This document shows positions 50,712-63,450 of a DNA stretch of 64,000 nt, in pieces (position 1 is the first letter of the stretch; every line of letters begins with the position of its first letter). Position numbers and translations under genes: made by a program. Location of the stretch: NCBI GenBank assembly GCA_002633005.1, contig NMRA01000094.1:770597-834596 (forward strand), read 5' to 3'. The notes below the pieces were generated by a model. The model saw nothing but the letters and a program-made list of their open reading frames with translations. It did no database searches and was not told the DNA's origin. Source of the stretch: Phoronis australis. Taxonomy: Eukaryota > Animalia > Phoronida.

Positions 50712-51430
50712 TTTTTATGCCGTCATCTCCGTCCGTCCGTCCGGGCGGTGTCCAGCTTTCATGAAATTTAGCAAATATGTTCCATTCATGAATGGGACGG
50801 CATGTGCGAACTTTCGGACAGATCCGATTACCAGTGTGCCCCCTAGTGGCAATTTTAGTTTTTTACTCTTACCTTTGTATCTTCAAAAGTCCTGAACAGA
50901 TTTTCATGAAATTTGGTATGTAGGCACCTATTAGTGAGATGACGCTATCCTCCCATTTTCAGATGGATTCAACATAGTTTGCACCACCTAGTGGCCATTT
51001 TTAGTGTTTTCGAGTCTGTTTTTGTACGTCCACCCCTCTATCAACCAAACCGCTCAAAGGATGATTGTGAAAATTGGCATGTATATGCTTACTATGTAGA
51101 GGATGGCTGACGATGATTTTCCGACGATTTCGACTACTGTGGCGCCTCCTAGTGGCAGGTTTTTTTTGCGCCTATGGCTGTATCTCCTAAACCGTTCGCA
51201 GGATCTTTACGAAATTGTGTAAGTATATTTATATGACGTTAACAACAGAAGATGACGACTTTTGGACGGATCCGACTACCGGTGTGCCCCCTAGTGGTAA
51301 TTTTAGTTTTTTACGCTTACCTTTGTATCTTCAAAAGTCCTGAACGGATTTTCATGAAATTTGATATGTAGGCACCTATTAGTGAGATGACGCTATCCTC
51401 CCGTTTTCAGATGGATTCGACATAGTTTGC
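50712..51430 (+). mobile_element. Young copy of the HINE family, running into the gap
   Basis: Highly similar to 24703-25470, including the (GTCC)n microsatellite and monomers. Confidence 0.88.
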
Positions 51431-52243
51431 NNNNNNNNNNNNNNNNNNNNNNNNNNNNNNNNNNNNNNNNNNNNNNNNNNNNNNNNNNNNNNNNNNNNNN
51501 NNNNNNNNNNNNNNNNNNNNNNNNNNNNNNNNNNNNNNNNNNNNNNNNNNNNNNNNNNNNNNNNNNNNNNNNNNNNNNNNNNNNNNNNNNNNNNNNNNNN
51601 NNNNNNNNNNNNNNNNNNNNNNNNNNNNNNNNNNNNNNNNNNNNNNNNNNNNNNNNNNNNNNNNNNNNNNNNNNNNNNNNNNNNNNNNNNNNNNNNNNNN
51701 NNNNNNNNNNNNNNNNNNNNNNNNNNNNNNNNNNNNNNNNNNNNNNNNNNNNNNNNNNNNNNNNNNNNNNNNNNNNNNNNNNNNNNNNNNNNNNNNNNNN
51801 NNNNNNNNNNNNNNNNNNNNNNNNNNNNNNNNNNNNNNNNNNNNNNNNNNNNNNNNNNNNNNNNNNNNNNNNNNNNNNNNNNNNNNNNNNNNNNNNNNNN
51901 NNNNNNNNNNNNNNNNNNNNNNNNNNNNNNNNNNNNNNNNNNNNNNNNNNNNNNNNNNNNNNNNNNNNNNNNNNNNNNNNNNNNNNNNNNNNNNNNNNNN
52001 NNNNNNNNNNNNNNNNNNNNNNNNNNNNNNNNNNNNNNNNNNNNNNNNNNNNNNNNNNNNNNNNNNNNNNNNNNNNNNNNNNNNNNNNNNNNNNNNNNNN
52101 NNNNNNNNNNNNNNNNNNNNNNNNNNNNNNNNNNNNNNNNNNNNNNNNNNNNNNNNNNNNNNNNNNNNNNNNNNNNNNNNNNNNNNNNNNNNNNNNNNNN
52201 NNNNNNNNNNNNNNNNNNNNNNNNNNNNNNNNNNNNNNNNNNN
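51431..52243. other. Assembly gap
   Basis: N run. Confidence 1.
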
Positions 52244-52571
52244 CATTCTATCATAACCACACCTCGTTGGTTCAATGTTATGGCGAATTTGTGAATGAAA
52301 GGACTGAGGGTATACCGAAGCTGTTCTGTACCTGGCGGGAGACTCGATTTACTTGAAAGCCCTTTAACCTTTGACCTTGGATAAGTGCTAAACAAATATC
52401 CACGCGGTTGTGTGGTTCCAAGGTGGTTCTGCTAAATCTTTTTTTTCTTGCTACGCAGTATATATTTCGTATTTGAAGTTCCCCGAGAATGAAGATAAGG
52501 TATTTTGCTAGACACAAGTGAAATTGTGTAAAAATGGCCAATTTTTGTGAATAAGGTTAGAAATATCCTTA

Positions 52572-53185
52572 AGTTGTCTACTGAGTATGCAGTTATTATA
52601 AACTGGTCTACTTAGCCTACAGTTACTATAAAGTCTTCGCAGCCTTCAGTTATTATAAACTTGTCTACTGAGCTTGCAGTTACTATAAACTGGTCTGCTG
52701 AGCCTTCAGTTATTATAAACTGGTCTAATGAACCTACAGTTACTATAAACTTGTCTCCTGAGCCTGCAGTCAATAAACTGGTCTCCTGAGCCTACATTTA
52801 CTACAAACAGTCTACTGCATGGGCAGCGCAGCACTGAAAAAAGTGGGGGTATAGCCCCTCCAGCCCCACTGTGGTGCCCCGCCCATAGACCATGGGCGGC
52901 GCAGCACCAAAAAAAGTGGGGCTATTGCCCCTAGCCCCCTTTGGTACGCTGCCCATGTACTGAGTCTGCAGTTACTATAAACTTGTCTACTGAGCCTGCA
53001 GTTACTATAAACTGGTCTACTAAGCCCACGGTATCTATAACTTGTTCATTCTCTTTGGAAATGGTGACTTCTACGCCCCATTTGTGGCTGGGTTGCAATT
53101 GCTACAGGTCACTAAAACAAATGATTATTGATTGATTACTGATATAACCGATCTTTTGGGCCTGCAGTTGTCATAAACTGGTCTA
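52572..53185. repeat. ~31-bp minisatellite (tctactgagcctgcagttactataaactgg) interrupted by a MITE
   Basis: Periodicity on both sides of 52818-52957. Confidence 0.88.
52818..52957. mobile_element. 140-bp dimeric MITE, 5-bp TSD TACTG
   Basis: CATGGGCAGCG...CGCTGCCCATG termini; TACTG at 52813-52817 and 52958-52962. Confidence 0.9.
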
Positions 53186-54204
53186 TTTTGTTCTCGTTAT
53201 GGACATTTCTTCAATTTCTAAATAGTCTTCAAAATTATCCACAACTGACAACATTATTTCCACCAAGATAAACAGATATTGGAAGTAAGTAGATACGGAT
53301 TGCTTTGTTGCAATTGTTTTGGAGCAAAATGACTGAAAAATCACACAATTCTGTTGTAGGGCTAACAGTTAGCAAGATAATGCTGTGCTTGTGGTTGTAC
53401 ATCACTCAGGCTGTTAGTCATCTGTTGACATTAGTAATCTTCTACTGTTTACATCATTAGAACACAGTGTTGACAGATCACCCAGTGACTGGTCACTGTC
53501 CTTGGCTTTGTGCTGGCCTAACATGTGATTTTCATTTACAAGCCTTTAAGAATCACAAGCAGAAACCACCCCCTTTGATTCTGTGTGGCTTTTTGGCTGA
53601 TTCATTCTAACCTTAGGCCAAGTTTTTTTTTCCGCTGACATTTTTTGGTCAAAATGTAATATTATCTTGAAAGAGAAGAATGCGTTTCTCTGTGGCACAA
53701 GAAAGCCTTCAGAATATGGCCGCTGTTCAGTTAAGTTCCTTGGAAGCTACTAAAAGAAGGCAGGCTATAAATTCATTGCAGTCAGAATGCACTGGCATGA
53801 ACATATGTGTTGAACTTCCAAACATCAAAATGTTTAAAGCAGGGAGTTTGTGCTTCTTGGAAAATTTGTGGCCAAACATTTATGATTTGTTTTGAGGTCA
53901 TTGTGTATAAGTTATCAATTTGGTTTTTGTTGAGAATTTGGCAAAAGTTGGAAGTAAAGATGTTTGTATATTCTCTAATATTCTGCACTTACTTTTCTCT
54001 CACAATTTTCCTGAACATTAACAAAACTGGATGATTTGGATGGAATTCTATGTATGTGTTTTGAATATTGCGTGATTTTCTCCGCTGATATAAATAAGTT
54101 GTTACCCTCTAGTGTCATTTTCAAAATGTGTTGTTTCATTTTAAAAGTGTATATTTTATATTTATACAGGAAAGATTTTGGTACATTTCAACTTGGAATT
54201 ATAG

Positions 54205-54590
54205 TGAAGTGTAATAACATAGACACTGTACTGATATTGTAGTAAATTGTAATAACAGAAGCTCTAATGTTGATATTGTGAATTTTAATAACAGACTGAA
54301 ACACTACCAGTGACATTTTAGTGACTTGTATAAACAGTACATGAACAGCCATGTTGTAGTGAGTTGTAATAACAAAGACAATAATAATGATATTGTAGTC
54401 AGTTGTAGTAACTGAGACACTAACAGGGATATTGTAGTCAATTTTAATAACAGAGACACTAACAGTGATATTGTAGTCATTTGTAATAACAGAGATACTA
54501 TTGGTGATTAGAAGTGAATTGTAATATCAGAGATATTAATGGTGAAATTATAGTAAATTGTAAGAACAGACATACTAACGATGATATTGT
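54205..54590. repeat. Degenerate ~39-bp minisatellite (tgtaataacagagacactaacagtgatattgtagt)
   Basis: Recurring taataacag...gatattgtagt. Confidence 0.75.
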
Positions 54591-55301
54591 GTTTGTTTCC
54601 GCAAATAGTGTAACTATTAGGTTGGTATTTATAATAATATTCTTCAATTCAGGAGTGTTTCTTCACTACTGTACTTGCTCATGATAACACCTATGTCCAC
54701 CAATGCTCGGCTTACCACCCATCCACAATTCATACAATTCAGAATTTCTTAAAATTAACAAATCCTTTGTGAACGCCCATCTCCCTTAGGCAAATCTGTG
54801 TATGAGAAAGCATTCACTGTTTTACCCGGAGTATCCAGCGAATTCCTGGGCAAATCAAATGCTTGATGGCGCGGTCACGGATTGAAGTGAACTAATGGGG
54901 ACTTGGCTGAACATGTTGGATAAGATAATTATTGTTGTAAACCTATACGGCTATTTAGCGACTGTTTCAAAGTCAAAAAACAAACAATGAGTAAGGAAAC
55001 ATCAAAACGACTGTTTTTAAAATCGAATAGTAAATAGTAGCCATCTTTGAAATTTTAAAATTGATGCATTATAACAGAAATTAGAATAGGTTTTCTTCAA
55101 CATTGTGGCTAAGGCATGCACATTAATTTGTGAATTGATTAGAATGGGTTAGTCACAGTCTGGCTTATGCTCACTTAGGTGTTGGGGGTTACAAAACCAC
55201 AAATGCTAGCGTAGGAGTTAGTCACAAGAATTTTAGCTCCTAAATGTACACAACTCACTAACCCTTTGGAAACTAACATTCAATTTGAGCATCACTAATA
55301 G

Positions 55302-55472
55302 CATCATCTGGCAGAAAGTGCCTACATTTTACTGCAGGAGATGTGAAATAGTGTCACTTGCCATCATCAAGCAGAAAGTGCCCACATTTTACTGGCAGGA
55401 GATGTGAAATAGTGTCACTTCCCATCATCAGGCAGGAAGTGCCTATATTTTACTGAAGGAGGTGTCAAATAG
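55302..55472. repeat. ~59-bp tandem repeat x3
   Basis: catcatc.ggcagaaagtgcc.acattttactg...gatgtgaaatagtgtcactt is repeated. Confidence 0.88.
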
Positions 55473-56459
55473 TTCTTTTAGTTCACGTCCATCCTAGTAT
55501 TAGGGTATTTGTGCGCAGAAAATGGTTACAAGGCATTTGTGCGAGTGGTTCCACTGTTTGGGTAATCTCCAATCTCTGAATTTTAAAAAATTTTAAGGTC
55601 AAACGCCATGCTCGGCTTAACATCCTCTCTCTATTTTTTAATTCAACTTGAAGCGCCCTGGGGTCATGTTAACCCTGGGGTCATGTTAACCCAAATGCAT
55701 ACTTTAGGCATATTGCAGCTTTATTTGCCAAGAAAATATGAGAATTTCACAAGGTGCATTTGAGAAAAGGGCATTTTCCTTACAAAAGCATTTCCTGTAT
55801 TACTGACATGATGGATTTCCTTTTCATTACCTGCTGATGGTCATGAGAGCAAATTGTGAAATGTAGGGTGAACCAGTGTCGTCATCACACATAGTTTTCA
55901 ATTTTAGTTTAACTGTATGTGGTGGAATAGCTGACAGGGAGCAAGAGCTACCTTATTTTGTTTTTAAAAACTATATGTCATGCATTTTGGCAACATGTGG
56001 TTCAATGATACATTCAATCATTAATTGTAAACCCTCAGCCCAGGGGTGGATCTTACATGGTGTCTTGGTAGGTGTGCCTGGCTACTTACAGATTCATGTT
56101 TGAGACTGCCTCGTCTCTCTGGTCAGTTGGTAGAGCACATGTGTTCAACTAATTGTACCTGAACATGATTTGTTCATTAATCACTGGCTCCAGTAGCCTT
56201 AGTCTGATGGCTTGAATTACAGGCGTTATGCTCTGCAAAGCTGGGGCAAATATGCCTATCGCAATATTGACTTATAACCAAGGTGGTGATTTGAAATGTT
56301 GTACAATTGTGTGCCAACAAAAATGATGAGGTTATCAGTATGTGAGAGTTGTGTTGGAGCATCAACACAGGTCATTAATTTCCCAGTACAAAGGTTAAAT
56401 GGAAATCTATAGTAAGAAAAACATTTCTTCCCAGTACTGATATTCCATGCATGCACCTA

Positions 56460-56972
56460 TTTCATAGTTTTATTCCTCCCAGAATTCCCCCGAGTACTAC
56501 CATGAGATACGGACATGCGCAAAGCGGACCATTCCACGGACTTATCTTCTAGGGGAAGACGTGTTTTTCCTTTGGAAGGTTTTTTCGCGCAAGTTACTAA
56601 TTCTCACCGGACAACGTCCGCAGATCATCTCTGCCCTTAACGTAGATTCCATGAACATTTCAGCCTCTAAATTTACCTTTACCATTGCAAGCAAGGATCT
56701 TAAACAAGGCCGTCTTAATTATAAACCTGAACTGTTACACCTGAAAGCTTTTCCGTCAGATAAGCGGTTGTGCATTTATCATTATTTGACTGTATACTTA
56801 AAACGTACTCTAGACTATCGGGGGTCATGTAAAGCACTATTTCTTACTGTTACTAGACCGTATAAAGCAGCCACAGGTGATACTGTACGGCGATGGATCC
56901 GAAACGTCTTATCGGAGGCTGGTATAAATGTCAATGTATATAAACCCGGTAGTGTTAGATCAGCTTCTGTTA
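56460..56972 (+). mobile_element. DIRS-type retrotransposon fragment encoding part of a tyrosine recombinase (coding ~56594-56972), cut by a single-N join
   Basis: LLILTGQR (catalytic Arg box), FPSDKRLC...YLKRT, LFLTVTRPYKAATGDTVRRWIRNVLSEAGI and KPGSVRSAS all follow the DIRS1-like YR consensus. Confidence 0.8.
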
Positions 56973-57696
56973 NATCCCATTGGATTGTGTTTCAGGACAT
57001 CCTTGTGAATGTGTAACTGTGACTCAGTCAGACACTTGTAACACTGTGTCTCCTTGGTCTTAGTATTCATTACTGTCCAACACTTCACCCAATTAGGCGT
57101 ACTGTTCAAACAAAACATATCAGTTCAATCACTTCAGATTTCAAATAACAGGTACAAATTTTGAGTGGGACAAGGTTGTGTAGACCCAAGACCACTCGCT
57201 AGAGGGGGTTGTGTGATCATGTGCTCCAGTTGTAATGCATGACGATATCTTGTAAAGAATTGCGTCATCTCAATTTTCTGGCAAGACACTATGAACTGCA
57301 GCACACGACTGAGTGTTTAATTATACTGGATAAATTCACCACAGATATTTTTAGATTGCTCCTTTAGAAAAGGTGCACATTACCAACAGAAAGTGACTCC
57401 TATCTGTATCTGTGTCTTAAGTGATCGCATTTGTCAGTGCAGTTTATTAAAACTGTATTGCAGAAAGGACAACTGGAATATATTGTGAACTTCATAACGC
57501 ATCATAAAAACAAGTCTTTACAATTCTGACTTTTGAAAGTGGAAAAATATGCATTAAATTAGGCAGCCAAGGTGACCAGATGTGGATGGGGCTGCAGTAA
57601 TTTTGCTCAAAATGTTTGCCATATCATTATTCTTTTGCAAATACATCAGGTAATCATTCCAAATTACTTAAAATGTTTCCCCCTTGTCTGTTGCAG

Positions 57697-57909
57697 TGAG
57701 TGCCCCAGCTAAATACACAGATGACGTGGACATGAAGGCCCTGTTGGAACACAACTCTTGTCTTGAGCAGCAGCTCTGCAACCTTCAGCGACAGGTCAGT
57801 GAGCTGCGCTCTGCAAAGACCTCTGACCAGCAGCCTGGGGTCAATGAGTACAAACTGGAATTACTACAGACAAACCAGGAGCTGGCGCGGGCCAAAGAGA
57901 CTCTCGTGG
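57697..57909 (+). CDS. KAZN: Kazrin coiled-coil exon
   Basis: Acceptor gttgcAG|TG (phase 1), donor G|GTAGGT (phase 1). Ends ...ELLQTNQELARAKETLV, which joins AMKSDRKR (compare kazrin ELARAKEALQAMKADRKR). Confidence 0.85.
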
Positions 57910-58836
57910 GTAGGTCTTAGAACCATGCTGCCACAATTTGCCATCAATGTCTTATTATCTTAAATTTATGTTGGATCCACGAAAACTATTGTAACATGCC
58001 ATCACAGAATAGCTGATCAAATTCATGTTGGTCTTTTAGGTATCAGTATACTTTATGTGTTCCACCTTTGCAATATATACACAGGACTTTGATTAAAAAA
58101 ATACAAATGGTACAATAATTGATTGGCAAACAAACAGATAATTTAGAAAACTCAGCAGCATTTCTGAGGTTTCGTCTTGGATGTACCTTTCTTTTTGCTA
58201 ACTTTTACTAAAACCAACTGGTCATACAATCCAGTTAATGCCAGATTGTTATCAAGTCAAAAATCGCTTCTTCAGGCTTTTTACTTTCAGAAAATATAAC
58301 TTTTACTGAGTTACAAATCTACAGTGTTGTCCATATTTTGTTGATATGATCCTATATAACCTTATCCTCAACAACTGTGCCTAATGTGTCGCATCGTACA
58401 GAGTTGCTTTCTAATACTATAGACATAGTTTTGCGTAATTTCAACAGTTATTCGGGCATTAAAACATGTTATAAAGAAATCACCAGCTTCCGTTGAGGTA
58501 ATACTAACGAATTCTGGAGGCAAAAATCTGCATTTGGGACGATCTGGAGTGACCCTCTGGCATTTTAGATTTGCTGCAAAGTCGGAGGTGATTCATTCAG
58601 GAATGGTTGAATAGCAAGACCATGTATTCGACCAGCCACGTGCGTTTGACAGGAAGTGAAACCTGGGCAAAAATATATACAACAATGGACATGCAATATC
58701 AAAATAATTAAAATGAATTGCTATGCGTTTAGGATATTCTGACAAGTGGCTAAAACATTGAAAATAAAATTTCGACTGGGGAACAAGTAACGTAAACCTC
58801 AGTTGGCTACAAAGTGGAAGATCTAAGCAAAAATCC

Positions 58837-58929
58837 ACTGTTTCAGCAGGATCAAATCCCCCATTGTTGCCTGTGGTAGTGACTGTTTCAGAAGGATCAA
58901 ATCCTCCATTGTTGCCTGTGGTAGTGACT
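58837..58929. repeat. 45-bp tandem duplication
   Basis: actgtttcag.aggatcaaatcc.ccattgttgcctgtggtagtg occurs twice. Confidence 0.9.
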
Positions 58930-60006
58930 ACGAAACTTTCATAAAGTGGAAACGTGAAATACTGAAATTTGTACACAATTAGAGTTTAGTAAATAAATTT
59001 CCAATTTTCCACTGGACTCTCTGGCAAAGTTAACTGACTTAGCTTGAATAGCCATGAATTAAGGCCTAGTTCTTGCTGGCGAAATAATTTCAGAAAGAAT
59101 GCTTTGTTTCTCGGTATTGGCTAATGGAATAGTTTAATTGTTAATGAGTATAAGGAGAGTTTTTATTACGCCAGATACATTTGTATGGGCAACTACAGGA
59201 ACCCCCACGGAGAGGACTGTCAAGTGGGATAGCTGAAACTTGTGAAACCAAGTAATCACTGCGTTTCCCATTCAGCTAATAACATACAGATTACTACACT
59301 CCTGCTCATTAAGGGCGCCTCCTTGTGGCCAGTTTGCATTGTCCATTTACTAATCGTGGGCTTTTATTTTTAGACTGTGTTGATTGTTAATTTTTTTCAC
59401 GTCATTATGTGTGTCTGATAATTGAAATTTAAAATTGACTTGTTTTAGCAAATGATAATTTTTCATGGCCATGTCAATATTGCAAAATTGAACGATGTAA
59501 TGGCTCCCAAAATTTCATTTTTCAATTTCAGTTCCAACTGTGATACAATAATCTGCATTTCCAAATTCTAACTTCAAAATGAAAATTGAAAATTTAAACA
59601 TGGATATGATTCACAATAGGGTGTATCCATTTAAATTAAAAACTTTTCTGTGAAATCTCGATAATTATCTCAAGTTTCATAACTCAGTTTGAATTGAGTC
59701 TTGGAACTGGAAACTGGCACACATCTTCTTCACCAGTGTTGTGTTATGGGGTATAATTCATGCGAAAAACAATGTCTCAAGTTGTGATTGTGTGAAAGAG
59801 TCTCTATACCGTTGTCAACTCTTAAAGAGGAACCTTCAGTAGAAGTACAGATCACTGATTATCTCTTAGTTACTGCCTTACTGTTTCAAGGCACTCAAGG
59901 CTCCAATGGTAGCCACATTTGGAAATTTTTCTAGAGTCCTACATAGCCTTAAAGAGTTGTTTGTTGGTTGGTAGTTATTGATATCACGTGTTACATAAGT
60001 AATGAG

Positions 60007-60214
60007 GACCTCCCACACTAACACCAGTGTAATGGGTTGGATTGTTTTACTTCAATAATGAACCAGTGACATGACCTCTGACACTAACACCAGTGTAATG
60101 GGTTGGATTGTTTTACTTCAATAATGAACCATTGACATGACCTCTGACACTAACACCAGTGTAATGGGTTGGATTGTTTTACTTCAATAATGAACCATTG
60201 ACATGACCTCTGAC
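60007..60214. repeat. 66-bp tandem repeat x3
   Basis: cactaacaccagtgtaatgggttgg at ~60016, 60082 and 60148. Confidence 0.93.
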
Positions 60215-60904
60215 AGAGAATTTCATCCAGGTGCTTGAACTCACTCATCTTTACTGATGTCTAGACACATCTTACCTGTATGAGCAGACATTTTCCTAAC
60301 GAGTTTTCACACCTGTGAGAGGCATGCATGCAATTCTTTGATTTCTGCTACTTTTTCAGATTGACTCCAATGGTCTGCATACCATACTCGCTCAGGTTAA
60401 TGAAGTGTGTTTTTTTATTTGAGAAAAATTATTAAAATCAAGGTTGGGGGTTAACCAAGCGTGAGTGTGTTGGTGGTTTGATCACAGGTTGTGATGCAGT
60501 GTCTAGTGTGGCAAGCAGTGGTAGCTGTACCTAGCTCCACTTTCAGCTGCCATCGCTGACTGGCCTGATCTGTGTCAGTACATAGGGTCTCCCACAACAA
60601 GACTGGTGCAGTGCCTTCAAGTGGCATAATTTACAAGGAGTAAGCTTGTCAGAATCCTGTGGTTATCTAATGTCTGTATTTCATGTTCATAGTTGCTATA
60701 GTTACTCATGCTATGCTCAGCTCACTCACTGCCATTAGTACCTCACTTGGAGCCTGCATGCCCTGCTTCACCACTTTCGTTATTCAGGCATTGTGATCTG
60801 CTGTACCTGTGTTGAGGGCCCCTCTCTTACCATGAAGCCATCCATGTCTCATTTGCTGACAGGCCCTGTGAACCTGTATTAGGCTGGTTATCTCTCTTCC
60901 CCAG

Positions 60905-61065
60905 CCATGAAGTCGGACAGGAAACGGCTCAAGTCGGAGAAGCTAGACTTGCTCAATCAGATGAAACAGTTGTACGGTACTCTAGAAGACAAGGAGTCTG
61001 AGTTGAGAGACTTCATACGAAACTATGAAGAGAGGATGAAGGAGAGTGATGAAACTATCAAACAG
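60905..61065 (+). CDS. KAZN: Kazrin exon
   Basis: Acceptor cttccccAG|CC, donor CAG|GTGAGA. AMKSDRKRLKSEKLDLLNQMKQLYGTLEDKESELRDFIRNYEERMKESD resembles AMKADRKRLKGEKTDLVSQMQQLYATLESREEQLRDFIRNYEQHRKESE. Confidence 0.95.
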
Positions 61066-61497
61066 GTGAGATGTCTGGTGGCTCAGTTTGACATAAGGGC
61101 GCATTGCTCACATTGCTGACTCAGTTCTAGATGTTAGGGCACATAGCTCTCATTGTTGGCTCAGTTTCACATAAAGGCATATAGCTCTGGTCAATTCTGC
61201 ACATTTAGTAGTATGAGCAACTTTTTTTGTTTCAGAAGTAGCCTGAGTTAATTTATTCATTAATGTTGGCTGTTATTGTCCAACTGTTTGACTGAACATA
61301 TATTTGTGAATGAGCTGTCACCATCTCTTGTACTTGTGCTTCTGCCGCCCACATTAAATGTCAGTCATCTGTAACTTCCTTCTGTTGACACATCAAAGGT
61401 GTCATACAGCCCTTGTACTTGTGTTGACAATTGTAAGCTGTGTCACTCCCCTGTACATGTGCTTCTGTTGACTAATGGTGCTGCCCTCTGTTGACAG

Positions 61498-61644
61498 CTA
61501 GCCTTGGAGAAGGAGGAGTGTGAGAATGAGAAATGGGAGATTTTGAAACGTGCACGCGAGGCAACAGAACGAGCGGTGATCCTCAGGGGTCAATTAGACC
61601 TCAAGGAACAGACTGTCAGGAGTCTGGAGCAGGATCTACAACAG
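61498..61644 (+). CDS. KAZN: Kazrin exon
   Basis: Acceptor tgacAG|CTA, donor CAG|GTGAGG, 147 nt, phase 0/0. LALEKEECENEKWEILKRAREATERAVILRGQLDLKE resembles LAKEKDLLEREKWELRRQAKEATDHATALRSQLDLKD. Confidence 0.93.
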
Positions 61645-62482
61645 GTGAGGTCAAGGTCAACACGCTTCTCAGTGTTTGTTAAATGTGGACAGTAGTAAAG
61701 ACGTAGTGACTATTTACACATGACATTGAAATAGCATGGTGCTGGTAAACAGAAGTTTCATGCACTGGACATCAACTGAATCCAGGTGGACATTGTCCCA
61801 CATCACCATGTCTCAGTCGTTAGGCTGGAAGATTATTTGTGGAATTATTATGAGCTGGCCTTAAGCCTGCTATAAAGGTCATTCATGAGATATGCATAGC
61901 AGGACCTCATTGTTTCATGGGTAATGGATTAGTTCATGAAAATGGGCGTTATTTCAGATAGTGACTATTTTAATCGAGAGGTCTAGCATGCATACAAAAC
62001 TAGGTCATGTAGCATTTTGTGGCCGTGTAGGATGTTACTCTGATGCCGCGAGGAGTTAATGTGCCCCAAAACGTCTTAGAGCCTGCCCTTAATGAAGGCA
62101 TGGTGTCACTTGAAGGCGTAGTAATGGGTTAAGAATGTAGCTTACCATGAGTGTGTTTGCTTTAAGGATTGGCACCTTACCTTAGTATCTTATCCTGGCT
62201 TCTAAATGTTCATGCAGTGATATTGCATGCCTTGTGACACCAATTACTGTAAAATCTGACCTATTTAGGACAGAATATAGTGGACAAGTGAAATTTTTTT
62301 TGGTGTTTTCTTAAATGATAGGTATCACCAAAGAAACGCTTTAAATTATACAACATGGCTTCCATCAAACAATTTTTGAGAAAATGTGGGCATTCACAAC
62401 TTAAAAGCCTTCAAAAATGATAAAGGGTCAATTTTGGCAACTTTTTGTCCGAAATAGGTGAGATTTTTCATTTGTACCGTCA

Positions 62483-63073
62483 GAGGTCCTAAAGTCGTGA
62501 ACGATCTTATTTCCTCTTCTGCGCAGTCCCGCGATATCTGGCATTGAAGTTTCCAGCGTTCGTCTGCTTACGAACATCAAACGAATACCCGGACGTATTG
62601 GTATTCACAATATGATAACAAAGTCAGTGGCTTCTTTTTTCAAATGTATCTTAAAAACAGCATATTTCACTAATCCATTTTTTGTGCATTTTTGGAATAT
62701 ATTTTCGAAAATATTCATCGTTCAGGTTTACTCAAACACGCGCTCCAGGGGTAGCTTGTACAATGTATCAAAATGTCCCAGGGTCGATAAAGTTTTGTAA
62801 GGCCAAAGCAATAAAAAGGCCAAAGCAATAAAATACAGAGCGATAATTGATGGTGGGTTCTTAGCGTTTTACGTGAACAACCTCATTGAAAACGTCTGTG
62901 CACATCAAAGTTGGGTGGAAAACGCATAATTTATTTCGATTAAAACTGAATTAATAAACAATGCAATGCGTTTTTATGTCATCTAGAGTAACTGCAAGCA
63001 CTGTAATTGATCTGTGCGGTTTTACTTCGTGCATTTCTGTCTATTAACGAAATGGTCACGACTTTAGGGCCTC
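62483..63073. mobile_element. ~590-bp element with 20-bp inverted termini (GAGGYCCTAAAGTCGTGAMC)
   Basis: Inverted match seen; no clean TSD; a third partial copy of the motif at ~63253-63268. Confidence 0.55.
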
Positions 63074-63290
63074 ATTCAAAGTGTCCAGCGATATCAGCGA
63101 CCGTTTCAAAACTCTGCTTACAGAGACAAACAAGGATTAAGATTGTCAAAACACGTATATTTGTGAAGGCTGATATATGTCTATGACATCATGTGAGCAG
63201 TTGCTAACAGACATTGGGTAGTATGACAATCAGCTGCTTATTATGCTTATATTCACGACTTTAGGTCACCGGTGTGTATGTATCTTGCAG

Positions 63291-63450
63291 AGTCGACAAC
63301 AGATGGCTCAGTTAAATAATGACTTGAAAGAGACCAGTGAGCGGCGACGTTCATCAACATCTCAGCCTGTAGGTGGCGCTGAAATGCCCCCACCTTATCA
63401 AGAATACTCTACTAATACTACTCGTAGTCAACGAAGCGATGAATCCATGG
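63291..63450 (+). CDS. KAZN: Kazrin exon (end of coiled coil and low-complexity linker); gene continues beyond the window
   Basis: Acceptor tcttgcAG|AGT (phase 0) is compatible with the previous exon; donor TGG|GTGAGC; open frame SRQQMAQLNNDLKE... Confidence 0.72.

Noticed and set aside
16976-52395. Long ORFs in the track at 16976-17876, 35875-36865 and 51379-52395
   Set aside because: Their length comes from translating through N gaps.
56108-56150. tggtcagttggtagagca as a tRNA gene
   Set aside because: Only an A-box/D-arm-like piece is present, with no anticodon arm, T-arm or acceptor stem. At most a decayed SINE head.
56561-57016. Phage integrase or bacterial contamination
   Set aside because: The motif pattern is DIRS-like and the fragment sits in an intron of a spliced animal gene.
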